Shown here one piece after another: positions 8,990-18,127 of a DNA stretch of 64,000 nucleotides. This DNA is from Candidatus Trichofilum aggregatum (GTDB lineage: Bacteria > Chloroflexota > Anaerolineae > Promineifilales > Promineifilaceae). Numbering within the stretch: the stretch's first letter is position 1; each line of letters begins with the position of its first letter. The translations under genes were made by a program, and so were the position numbers. The notes under the pieces were generated by a model, which had not been told where the DNA came from, did not search any database, and saw nothing but the letters and a program-made list of their open reading frames with translations. The stretch covers positions 2,688 through 66,687 of the forward strand of contig JADJUV010000025.1 in NCBI GenBank assembly GCA_016716885.1, in the 5' to 3' direction.

Positions 8990-9160
8990 CCTGTATCGGT
9001 TTGTCGCCGGAAACCCCCACCCCCCAACCCCGCCCCCTAGGGCGGGGAACTTTCTAAAGTGCCGGTTTTCGAGCGGCGGCTCGAAAACCAGCACCTTGAT
9101 ATTCCCCTTCCCCGGGAAGGGGGTTAGGGGGATGGGTCTTCCGACTCAATCTCCGAAGGG
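8990..9160. repeat. G/C-run-rich composite repeat, copy 1
   Basis: CCGGAAACCCCCACCCCCCAACCCCGCCCCCTAGGGCGGGG, then hairpin GGTTTTCGAGC-GGCG-GCTCGAAAACC, then CCCCTTCCCCGGGAAGGGGG. Modules recur in reverse orientation at 24110-24215. Confidence 0.65.
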
Positions 9161-9255
9161 CTTAGATAAAGTTGGTCGGGTCTCTCGTCTCCGTGCCGTA
9201 GGTTATTTAATCCTTGATCCTAAGTTAAAACCAACACGACTGACCCCAAAATGTT

Positions 9256-11184
9256 TCACAGGATCCGCCGGGCAATAATTTCCTTCATAATTTCCGTCGT
9301 GCCCCCACCAATGGTGAGGATACGATTATCCCGGTATAGCCGTTCCACCAGATATTCCCGCATAAAGCCGTAGCCACCAAAAATTTGCACGGCTTCATAA
9401 GTCACTTTGTTGCTCACTTCGCAGGCAAAATTCTTGGCCATCGAAACTTCTTTCACCTGGTCTACGCCAGCACTCATTTTGGCCGCCACCCGGTAGGTAA
9501 ACTCCCGACTAACTTCCACCTGAGTCGCCATATCGGCTAATTTGTGGCGCGTCACCTGAAAACCCGTTAAGGATTTGCCAAAGGCTTCCCGCTCCTGGGC
9601 ATAACGCAGCGCCTCATTCAGGGCCATTTCGGCCGTCATGTTGGCTATCACCGCCAGTTGCAACCGTTCGCGCTGGAAGTTGGCCATGATGGCGTAAAAA
9701 CCCATGTTTTCTGGGCCAATGAGGTTTTCGGGGGGTACCTGGCAATCGCTGAAGAATAGTTGAGCCGTATCAGACGCCCACCAGCCCATCTTGCGCAGGG
9801 GTTGAGACACAGAAAAACCGGGCGTATCTCGTTCGATGACCAGCAGGCTGATGCCCTGAGCGCCAGGGCCGCCCGTGCGCACGGCCACTGTGACCTGATC
9901 GGCCCGGTAACCACTGGTGATGAAGGTTTTACTGCCATTAACCACATAGTGATCACCAGCCTGGACAGCCGTCGTCTGTAAGCTGGCTACATCAGACCCA
10001 CCGCCCGGCTCGGTGACAGCCAGGGCGGCAATTTTTTGTCCGGCCAGGACGGGGGGAACAAACCGCTCTTTTTGAGCGGCTGTGCCCAGAAGGATAATGG
10101 GGGGTAGGGCGATGTGCAGTGAGCCTAATCCCGCCACGACACCGGCGGAACCGCCGCGCATGAGTTCTTCCCACACGGCAATCTGGGCGAAGAGGTCGCC
10201 AGGGGAGCCACCTAGCTCTTCAGGATAACCGAGGCCGAGAATCCCGACCGCGGCCGCGTCCTCATACAATTTTCGCGGAAAAGCCCCTGCCTCTTCCCAC
10301 TCATCCACAAACGGCTTGATCGCCTTGGTGACAAACCGCCGGGTGGTCTGCCGGATCATCTCATGTTCAGCGGTGAAATATTCCTGGAAGCTCATTTTAT
10401 TGTTGGTCTTCTCCAGCCATTGGAGAATGTGGTCGGCGACGGACTGCCAGCCAGATTCCAGCATCATATCATGGGCCATGTCGGCGAATATTTTGGCCCC
10501 GGTGCCATAAGCACGAGCCGTCGCGGCAACTTCCTGGGGCGAAAACAGCGTGTCGTCAGCCGCCCCAAGCACTAACATAGGTACGCGGCTAACTTTCTTC
10601 TGTTTGACCAGATCAAGGGCTGTGTAATCCAGGAAACCCATATAGGACTCATCCTGGAGCCGCTGTTGATAAGCCACGACCTGCTCTTCGGGCATAGTGG
10701 GGGAGAAAAAATGGGTGCGGGCCAGTTCAGGGGTAGCGACCAGGGGGTATAGGCTGAGTTTGAGGTTGGCTTTGAGAAAGGGGATGGGGTGATGGCGGAG
10801 CACTTTGAAGACGGTTTTGAGGGTTCCGGTGGGGGGAATAGAAGCGAGTAGGACTGCGGCTGCGGCCGCGTACTTTTCCAAATATTTCTGCGTCACAAAC
10901 CCACCCATCGAATGGCCAATGAGTACCGGTGGGGCGGGTAGCTGGGCTACCACATGGGCCACATCATCCACATACTCCCGTATGCGTGTCCAGCGCAGGC
11001 GTTCCTGGCCGGGGCTGTTGCCATGCCCACGCAGGCTCAGGGCATAACTGGCATACCCATGTTGGGCAAAATAAGGCAGAAAATGTTCATCCCAGCACCA
11101 GGCTCCATGCCAGGCGCCATGAATAAACAAGAGGGGTGTCGGTTTGGCGATACCTTCGGGTTGGCGGTTAATGAGTTCGAGCAT
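9256..11184 (-). CDS. In-frame fusion of an alpha/beta-hydrolase and an acyl-CoA dehydrogenase
   Basis: N-terminal ~260 aa carry HGAWHGAWCW and the nucleophile elbow GHSMGG. From MSFQEYFTAEHEMIRQ onward this is a typical ~380-aa ACAD (AVTEPGGGSD, GGGTTEIMKEIIAR). No stop between them; an internal GGAGAAG + ATG is retained. Confidence 0.75.
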   Translation of the reverse strand: MLELINRQPEGIAKPTPLLFIHGAWHGAWCWDEHFLPYFAQHGYASYALSLRGHGNSPGQERLRWTRIREYVDDVAHVVAQLPAPPVLIGHSMGGFVTQKYLEKYAAAAAVLLASIPPTGTLKTVFKVLRHHPIPFLKANLKLSLYPLVATPELARTHFFSPTMPEEQVVAYQQRLQDESYMGFLDYTALDLVKQKKVSRVPMLVLGAADDTLFSPQEVAATARAYGTGAKIFADMAHDMMLESGWQSVADHILQWLEKTNNKMSFQEYFTAEHEMIRQTTRRFVTKAIKPFVDEWEEAGAFPRKLYEDAAAVGILGLGYPEELGGSPGDLFAQIAVWEELMRGGSAGVVAGLGSLHIALPPIILLGTAAQKERFVPPVLAGQKIAALAVTEPGGGSDVASLQTTAVQAGDHYVVNGSKTFITSGYRADQVTVAVRTGGPGAQGISLLVIERDTPGFSVSQPLRKMGWWASDTAQLFFSDCQVPPENLIGPENMGFYAIMANFQRERLQLAVIANMTAEMALNEALRYAQEREAFGKSLTGFQVTRHKLADMATQVEVSREFTYRVAAKMSAGVDQVKEVSMAKNFACEVSNKVTYEAVQIFGGYGFMREYLVERLYRDNRILTIGGGTTEIMKEIIARRIL

Positions 11185-11223
11185 GATGTTCTCCGAGGGG
11201 AGTTTTAACCGGCTTTATCAGAG

Positions 11224-11305
11224 GAGTGGAGACTTTAGTCGGAACGTCTACCGGCTAAAGCCGCGACTCCGAATTTTTGGGTCTACCGGCTAAAGCCGCG
11301 ACTCC
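11224..11305. repeat. Hairpin plus 35-bp-period direct repeat with an ACTTTAG/CTAAAG core
   Basis: GGAGTGGAGACTTTAGTCGG pairs with CCGGCTAAAGCCGCGACTCC. GTCTACCGGCTAAAGCCGCGACTCC occurs twice (11246-11270 and 11281-11305). Confidence 0.8.
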
Positions 11306-11328
11306 AAAATCAGCCTGAGCCGTTTTCT

Positions 11329-12403
11329 TCAGCATAACGCATCCAGGTGGGAGAGGATACGTTCCGGGTTTTTGAGCCGTTGGGCGGCGGTGCGGGTTTC
11401 GGCAATGGCCTGGGTGATGGGTTGGCCTAGTTGGGCCAGCAGGCGGCAAATCTCCAGACGACATTGACATTCGGTAGCCAGTTGGCCGGTGTTCACCAGT
11501 TCTAACAGTTGTTGTTGGCGTAGTTCCAGGGCGCGGGCTGGTTCGTTAAGGCGAAGGTGGAAAGCACAGAGAGCGTCGTAATAATCCGTGGGGGGTTTGC
11601 CGGGCCAGCGCTCGGCCTGGTTGATAGCCTGCCGGGCGAACCGTTTGGCTTTGGGGGATTTCGTCCTGGTACGCGGCCGCGCACGCCTGCCAGGCCGCAT
11701 AAATAAACCGGTGCGCCGTCCACGACCAATAACTTCGTTCAATGGCCTTCATGCCCAGATTGGCATATTCCGCCAGCTTGCCCCACTCCTTCAGCTTAAA
11801 AACAACCGCACATAGCCCCAGATACACATTGATCCGGTAATCATCTTTGTCATCTTCGGCCCGCGTTTCCAGACGCGCCATCCGGTTTAATTCAATCGAG
11901 AGAGCCTTGTCCGCGTTGCCTTTTTTCAATTCAAACTGGGCACGTTTGCCCAAGAGGCAATGATAACATTCCACTTTGGGGCTGACTTCCTGCTCCATAT
12001 AGCTGAGCGCCTGCTCGATTTGCGGCGCATACCCCAACGGATCGATGCCCATGTAGGCGCGAATCAAATCCTCATGCACGCAGATACGTTGGGGGCAATC
12101 ACGCATGGCCGGTTTGCGGGCGGTTACAGTGGCCTGGATGGCTTTATCCAGAGCCTGACTGTATTCGCCCTTGTCGGCCATCAGGGTGAGCAGGTGCAAA
12201 TGGGTGAAACAGAGTTCCCACCACGGTTCAGCCAGGCGGCGAGCCAGGGTTAACCCTTCGTCCAGCAAACTGAGTTGCCAGTTGGGGTCTACATCCTCAG
12301 CCCGATTAGCGGCGAAGAACAGTTCAACCAGGTGTAAACGCTCCAAATCCTGGGCGTCATACGCCTGTCGGTGATAATCGTCAACCCATTGCCAGATGCT
12401 CAT
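11329..12403 (-). CDS. Helical-repeat (TPR-like) protein, unknown function, frame broken at a G5 run (11653-11657)
   Basis: Start MSIWQWVDDYHRQ at 12403. Removing one base of the C5 run (minus strand) joins ...AAYQDEIP to KAKRFARQAINQAERW... (ORF 11329..11742). Confidence 0.5.
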
Positions 12404-12473
12404 AAGTTTCGAGTTTTGAGTTTCGAGTGATGAAGTGCTGAGTCTCTCAGTCTCCAGTCTCTTAGTCTCTCCC

Positions 12474-13938
12474 CTACAACAATCCAGTCCGATGATTGAA
12501 GTCCTCAATGAGGCGGTCAATTTCGGCGGTGCGGCCGCGTAAACTTGTCCAATACGCTTCATCATACCACTGGGCCTGGATTTCCTCAAAGGTGCGCCCT
12601 TGTTGTTCCACCCAGGTGTAATATTTGAGGTTGTGAATCCGTTTGCGATCCTGGTAGCTGAGTTCCTGCATATTGTCGGTGGTTGTGCCTAGCATATAGC
12701 GATGGAAGGCCGCGGCCGCATCCAATTCCGTAAAGTCTCCCTTCTTCCGTGCGTAACTCCTGCACCCGGCTCCGGTACATCTCCATGGAGTCCGTCGCCA
12801 CCGTCAGCAACACATCCCGCTCCGTCATCTCATAATATTTCGCCATTTTGATAGCCGAGAGTACGTTGGCAATGCCGGAGATACCCAGGCTGGGCAATTG
12901 TTGGATGAGGTCGGGAGAAACCCCTTGTTTGTGCAGATATTCCTGCCCTGTTTCTTCGTTGAAGAGGCGCATCAGCCCCATCGCGGCCGCGTCGTCAATC
13001 GCCACCACCATGTCCGTATTCTTAACGTTGTGAATCCAGGGCACATGTTTGTCGCCAATCCCCTCGATGCGGTGCGCCCCAAAACCATTGTTGAGGAGCG
13101 TGGGGCATTGCAGGGCTTCGCTGGCGGTGATCAGACTGCCCGGATATTGCTCCTTCAGATAATCCCCGGCGGCAATTGTCCCGGCCGAGCCAGTGGTCAG
13201 AGCGACGCCCCGGTACCGATCTTGTGGCCCCATCGCCTGATTCAGGACTTCCTGCATGGCTCGCCCGGTCACTTCAAAATGCCACAAATAGTTGCCAAAC
13301 TCCTCAAACTGATTAAAGATGACCAGGTCTTGACCGGAACGACGTAGCTCCCAACATTTGTCGAAAATTTCTTTGACGTTGCTTTCCGTGCCGGGGGTTT
13401 TGATGATTTCGCCCGCGACCTGTTCCAACCAGGCGAACCGCTCGCGGCTCATTCCTTCGGGCAGGATAGCGATGGATTCACAACCGAGCAGGTTGGAATC
13501 ATAGGCCCCGCCCCGGCAGTAATTACCGGTGGAAGGCCAGACCGCTTTCTGGCTGGTGGGATCAAATTGGCCGGTGACGAGCCGGGGAACCAGGCAACCA
13601 AAAGCGGCCCCAACTTTGTGTGCCCCGGTGGGGAACCATTGGCCCAGTAAAACTAAAATGCGGGCCGGTATACCGGAGAGCGCGGACGGAATTTCCATAT
13701 AGTTAGCCCCGCCAAAACCGCCCCCGAAGGCCGTGGGCTGGTTGTGCCAGGTTATGCGGAACAGGTTGAGGGGATTCAAATCCCACAGTCCCACATCGCG
13801 CAGTTTTTCCTGGACGGCCTGGGGAATGAGGCTGGGGTTAATCATCTGTTGGAAGGTGGGGATAATAATGTGCCGTTCGCGGCCGCGTTGTATGGCGCGT
13901 TCCAGAGCGGCTTCATCATAAATGGTCAGGTCTATCAT
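12474..13938 (-). CDS. PLP-dependent enzyme of the tryptophan-synthase-beta fold (OrtB-like lyase/thiolase family), frame broken near 12738
   Basis: PTGAHKVGAAF putative PLP-lysine motif and a ~470-aa architecture with an N-terminal extension. The tail DFTELDAAAAFHRYMLG...HRTGLL is in ORF 12474..12725, one frame off. Confidence 0.6.
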
Positions 13939-13965
13939 GGGGACTCCTTATCGTGGGACTTTAGG

Positions 13966-14040
13966 AATTTACGATTGACGATTGACGATTGGCAGATGTG
14001 CCCTTAATCGTCAATCTAAAATCGTAAATCGTCAATCAAA
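13966..14040. repeat. Hairpin of heptamer words (ACGATTG)x3 / (AATCGTN)x4
   Basis: ACGATTGACGATTGACGATTG, a loop, then AATCGTCAATCTAAAATCGTAAATCGTCAATC. The right arm overlaps the last codons of thrC. Confidence 0.85.
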
Positions 14041-15286
14041 TAGTTGTTGGACGGCGGCCAGGGTGGGGGGAATGGTTTGCGGCCGCGTGCCCACCGCTTC
14101 TACCCCCTTCATGGCACTGGCGATGTCTTTCAGCCCATTACCGGTGTTGAGGACAACGATGCGTTCTGCGGGGGAGACCAGGTTGTGGGCCACCGCCTGG
14201 ACTAAACCGGCGTATGCGGCCGCGCCCGCTGGTTCCGCAAACACCCCACAGCCTCGCGCCAGGGCCGGAATGGCCGCCAAAATTTCCTCATCCGACACCG
14301 TGACAAAGGCCCCGCCCGTCTCTTTGACCGCAGCCATGGCCTTCAGCCGGTCACGCGGCAGACCGGCGCTGATGCTATCGGCGACGGTGCTGGCCCGGAT
14401 GGGCGTTTTGGTGAGGACATCTTCGCCCTGTGCCCAGGCTTCGGCCAGGTAGTTACTGCCTTCAGCCTGTACCCCAATCAGCCGGGGCATCCGCACAATC
14501 CAGCCCAGGGCCAACAAATCCTTCAGCCCCTTGTGCAAACCCCCGATGATACAGCCATCGCCAACGCTCACCAGAATAACATCCGGGGCCTGCCAGCCCA
14601 ATTGTTCGCAGATTTCATAACTGGCCGTCTTTTTGCCCTCGGTCATGTACGGGTTGTAGCCAGTGTTGCGGTTGTACCAGCCGTAATGGTCGGCCGCTTG
14701 TAGACAGAGTTCAAAAGCGTCGTCGTAGGTTCCTTGCACCAGCAACACCGTCGAGCCAAAGGCCAGCAGTTGGGCGATTTTGGCGGGTGGGGCGGTCTGG
14801 GGCACGAAGATGACGTTTTTCTGGCCGACACTGGCGCACAAATTGCTGAGGGCCGCGGCCGCGTTGCCGGTACTGGCGGTGGTAATCACCTCAGCCCCTT
14901 GTTCCTGGGCCTTCACCACGGCCAGGGCACTGGCCCGGTCCTTGAACGAGGCCGAGGGATTACGTCCATCATCTTTGACCCACACATGGGCCAGCCCCAG
15001 CCCCGCTCCCAGGTGCGGGGCCGGGTAAAGGGGTGTCCAACCGACCTGCAAGGGGGGCGCGGCCGCGTCCGGGCGGATGGGCATTAACGGCCGATAGCGC
15101 CAGATGGAAAAATCTCGACTGGCACTCAGGGTTTCCCGATCTACCTGGAAGCGCAGAGCATCATAATCGTAGATGACATCCAGGATGCCTTCCTTGACCA
15201 TGTTCCGGGCAGATATAAGCCACATCGGTAGGGGTATAGGTGCGGCCGCAAATCAAACAGCGTAAGTGGAAAGTGGGGTGGGACAT
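14032..15286 (-). CDS. thrC: Threonine synthase, N-terminal zinc-ribbon segment out of frame (shift near 15196)
   Basis: PLP motif SFKDRAS with TASTGNAA. Upstream ATG at 15286 encodes MSHPTFHLRCLICGRTYTPTDVAYICPEHG, the usual Cys-x2-Cys ribbon, in another frame just before ...KEGILDVIYDYD. Confidence 0.85.
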
Positions 15287-15305
15287 GAGGCGGGATTATA
15301 ACATC

Positions 15306-15352
15306 GGAACTGTGGGAACTCATGGGAACTCCAGGAACTTGTGGGAACTCAC
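15306..15352. promoter_or_regulatory. Phased GGAACT x5 array (period 9-10 bp) in the thrC/pabB divergent region
   Basis: GGAACTGTG GGAACTCATG GGAACTCCA GGAACTTGTG GGAACTC. The complementary AGTTCC array lies at 18040-18095. Confidence 0.6.
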
Positions 15353-15406
15353 CGTGTCGAGTTTTTACGTTGCGGCCCTGGTTTAGCGGCCGCGAAAGCT
15401 GATACA

Positions 15407-16534
15407 ATGCACAGGATGATTACGTTGTTGACGCCGCGCTGTGTTTTGTTGCAGGTGGGCCGGGTTTGGTGGCAGTTTGAACAGCCGGAAATGGTGTTCG
15501 CGGCCGCAACCCCCACCGATATTCTCCCCGCTCTCCACACGATTGAACAGGCTGTCAACACCCAGGGCCTCTACGCCGTTGGTTTCCTCACCTACGAAGC
15601 CGCGGCCGCGTTCCACCTCACCACCCACTCCCCATCACCTGATAACCTGCCCCTGCTCTGGTTTGGCCTTTTCCGCGAGCCAAAGATTTTGCCGCAGTTG
15701 CCGTCTCCGGCCTCGTCATTTACCCCCACGACCTGGCAACCGTCGCTGGACGCGGCCGCGTACACCACCGCCATCCAGGCCATCAAAGATGAAATCGCCC
15801 AGGGTAACACCTACCAGGTCAACTTCACCTTCCCCTTGCACGCACCTTTTGACGGCGATGCTTACGCCCTGTTTCATCACCTGGCCCTGGCGCAACGAGC
15901 CAGCTACACCGCTTATTTTGACCTGGGTACTCATGCGATTTGCTCGGCGTCGCCGGAGCTGTTTTTTGGCCTGGATGGGGAGCGGCTGTGGTCCAAACCG
16001 ATGAAGGGCACGATGGCACGCGGCCGCGACCCCACCACCGACGAACAAAACCGCCTGGCTCTCTACCATTCCGACAAGAACCGGGCCGAAAATGTGATGA
16101 TTGTAGACATGATCCGCAACGACATGGGGCGCATCTGCCGCCCCGGGTCGGTGCAGGTTCCCCACCTGTTTGCGACGGAACCGTACCCCACGCTGTGGCA
16201 AATGACCTCAACCGTTACCGGCATGACCTCGGCCCCGTTCAGCGACATCATGGCGGCGATGTTTCCCTGCGCCTCGATTACGGGTGCGCCCAAAGTGCGG
16301 ACGATGGAGATTATCAGGGGGTTGGAGCCGCGGCCGCGTTCCCTTTACACTGGCTCTATCGGCTACCTGGCTCCGGGGCGACAGGCCCAGTTCAACGTCG
16401 CCATCCGCACCGCCCTGGTTGACCGGACTGCGGGGCAGGCCAGTTATCATGTCGGCAGTGGCATTGTGTGGGATTCGGATGCGGCCGCGGAGTGGGATGA
16501 GTGTTTGTTGAAGGCGCGGATTTTGGAAGGATGA
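15407..16534 (+). CDS. pabB: Aminodeoxychorismate synthase component I (chorismate-binding enzyme family)
   Basis: Chorismate-binding signatures: NTYQVNFTFP, SPELFF, PMKGT, ENVMIVDMIRND, ITGAPK, SLYTGSIGY. ATG 15407 chosen over the ORF opening at 15341. Confidence 0.8.
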   Translation: MHRMITLLTPRCVLLQVGRVWWQFEQPEMVFAAATPTDILPALHTIEQAVNTQGLYAVGFLTYEAAAAFHLTTHSPSPDNLPLLWFGLFREPKILPQLPSPASSFTPTTWQPSLDAAAYTTAIQAIKDEIAQGNTYQVNFTFPLHAPFDGDAYALFHHLALAQRASYTAYFDLGTHAICSASPELFFGLDGERLWSKPMKGTMARGRDPTTDEQNRLALYHSDKNRAENVMIVDMIRNDMGRICRPGSVQVPHLFATEPYPTLWQMTSTVTGMTSAPFSDIMAAMFPCASITGAPKVRTMEIIRGLEPRPRSLYTGSIGYLAPGRQAQFNVAIRTALVDRTAGQASYHVGSGIVWDSDAAAEWDECLLKARILEG

Positions 16535-16567
16535 GAGGGGAAATAACTGAAGCAGTAACCTGTTTAT

Positions 16568-16918
16568 TTATGAACGGGCAAAACGAACCTGCTTTTCAGT
16601 GACTACCACAAATTGATCGGGAAGTCGGTCAAGATAACTCTCGAATAACTGACGCAGAGTGCTAATTTTTATAACAGAACGATCATTCTCAAGGCGCATC
16701 AAGACAATCCCGCGATGCGGCCGCTTTTCTCGATAAACCTTTTCGCCAAAGTCTTTATCATTGGTAATCAAAATCCAGTTCTCAGCAAAAGCTTTGCGGA
16801 TAATATCTTCGTCATTCACTCCCGGTGACTCTTCATACACAGAGAAAACCTCGTGACCCTGTGCTCGGAGCCACTCAGCGACCGCAGGGCCAGTACATTC
16901 GTCTACCAGGAAACGCAT
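16568..16918 (-). CDS. DUF5615-type PIN-like domain protein (putative toxin)
   Basis: MRFLVDECTG...ILITNDKDFG pattern. Start abuts the upstream stop (TAAATG). Confidence 0.7.
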   Translation of the reverse strand: MRFLVDECTGPAVAEWLRAQGHEVFSVYEESPGVNDEDIIRKAFAENWILITNDKDFGEKVYREKRPHRGIVLMRLENDRSVIKISTLRQLFESYLDRLPDQFVVVTEKQVRFARS

Positions 16919-17167
16919 TTAAGCCAGCTCCACCACAAGTGGCATGAAAGCAGTGTTTTCCAGAGATTTTGTGGCGAACAGAATACACGCCTGAATATCC
17001 TTCTGGTTTAGGGTTTTATATTCATCCAAGATTTCGTCATTCGTCGCCCCATGAGCCAGCAAATTGAGAATATACTCAACGGTCAGGCGGGTGCCGCGAA
17101 TGACCGGTTTGCCAGTCATTACTTTGGGGTTAACGGTTATTCTTTCCAGAAGTTGTTGATCATCCAT
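16919..17167 (-). CDS. DUF433-family protein (putative antitoxin)
   Basis: ITVNPKVMTGKPVIRGTRLTVEYILNLLAHGATNDEILDEY is the typical DUF433 core. Start MDDQQLL at 17167. Confidence 0.7.
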   Translation of the reverse strand: MDDQQLLERITVNPKVMTGKPVIRGTRLTVEYILNLLAHGATNDEILDEYKTLNQKDIQACILFATKSLENTAFMPLVVELA

Positions 17168-17324
17168 AGCTTTTGTTTCCCAAGGGATAGGTCGTTTCCA
17201 GAACAGTAACGAGTTGTTTAAAGTATACAGGGAAGGTACAGATGTTGGAAGGGGAACCGCGGCCGCATCCACCATCCTCACCCGCCCCTCAAACTGCGTC
17301 CACACTATCCCCAAAATTCAATCG

Positions 17325-17678
17325 TTATGCTTCATGATCGGGATTCTTTTGAGTCAATTTGCGGAGGAACGTGTGAATACCTATCAACGGAAGCATCAGG
17401 CACAGCATAAGTAAACCACCCACCATGACGGATATGGGTAATGCGGGGATAGGAGTCTCGAAACCCACAAATACGCGATACACAACCGCAAACACCAATG
17501 TAAAGGAAAGGAGAAAAAGCCCACTAACCAGCAACCATTTCGAGGTTGCTGTCTTTCTGGCATGACGAACAAAGCGGGAAGCCATCTGTGTCGCAATGAG
17601 ACCAGCGATACCTCCCACAACAGCAAATAAGACATCCCAAGCAGTCTCCGGGGGTACAGAATTGGGGTTGGGCATCAC
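17325..17678 (-). CDS. Small membrane protein, unknown function
   Basis: 117 aa with three hydrophobic helices. Confidence 0.5.
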   Translation of the reverse strand: MMPNPNSVPPETAWDVLFAVVGGIAGLIATQMASRFVRHARKTATSKWLLVSGLFLLSFTLVFAVVYRVFVGFETPIPALPISVMVGGLLMLCLMLPLIGIHTFLRKLTQKNPDHEA

Positions 17679-17700
17679 AATACCTCTTTTTCATTAATGA

Positions 17701-17800
17701 TTCGACTCTGGGGAAAATTTGGACGACCTCTGGAAATCTCTTAATCTCTCAGTCTCTTGGTCTCCAGAGGTCAGCACAAAAAACGCCAATGTCGAGTAAT
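17701..17800 (+). repeat. ~100-bp nested-hairpin repeat, copy B
   Basis: TTCGACTCTGGGGAAAATTTGGACGACCTCTGGAAATCTC...GGTCTCCAGAGGTCAGCACAAAAAACGCCAATGTCGAGTAAT aligns with copy A. Confidence 0.8.
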
Positions 17801-18039
17801 GATTCAATACACGATTATACCCCTCGCGGCCGCGACAACCCCTATCCCGTGCCTGGCACAGGGCAGCCCAACCTTCACCCACCAAAACCTCGCGCCCTGT
17901 GCCAGGCACGAATCCCCAAAACCCCACCCTCGTTTTACCACTTCCCCCTTTCGTGATAAAAATAACCATCCACCTATGCCATTCGTAACTACCCCATTTG
18001 CCCTAACCACGTCATCATTACCAGGGCAACCTGAAATAC

Positions 18040-18095
18040 TGGGAGTTTCGAGTTCCCACAAGTTCCTATGAGTTCCTAGAGTTCCTATGAATTCC
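18040..18095. promoter_or_regulatory. Phased AGTTCC x4-5 array upstream of folD
   Basis: GAGTTTCG AGTTCCCACA AGTTCCTATG AGTTCCTAG AGTTCCTATGA ATTCC. Period 9-10 bp, 35 bp upstream of the folD start. Confidence 0.6.
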
Positions 18096-18127
18096 ACCCC
18101 CCATTCCCCCAACCGGAGAAAAATCCT

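Noticed and set aside
15441-16004. 187-aa Pro/Arg-rich ORF and other out-of-frame ORFs inside pabB
   Set aside because: These are alternative frames of a confidently identified chorismate-binding enzyme gene, with low-complexity composition.
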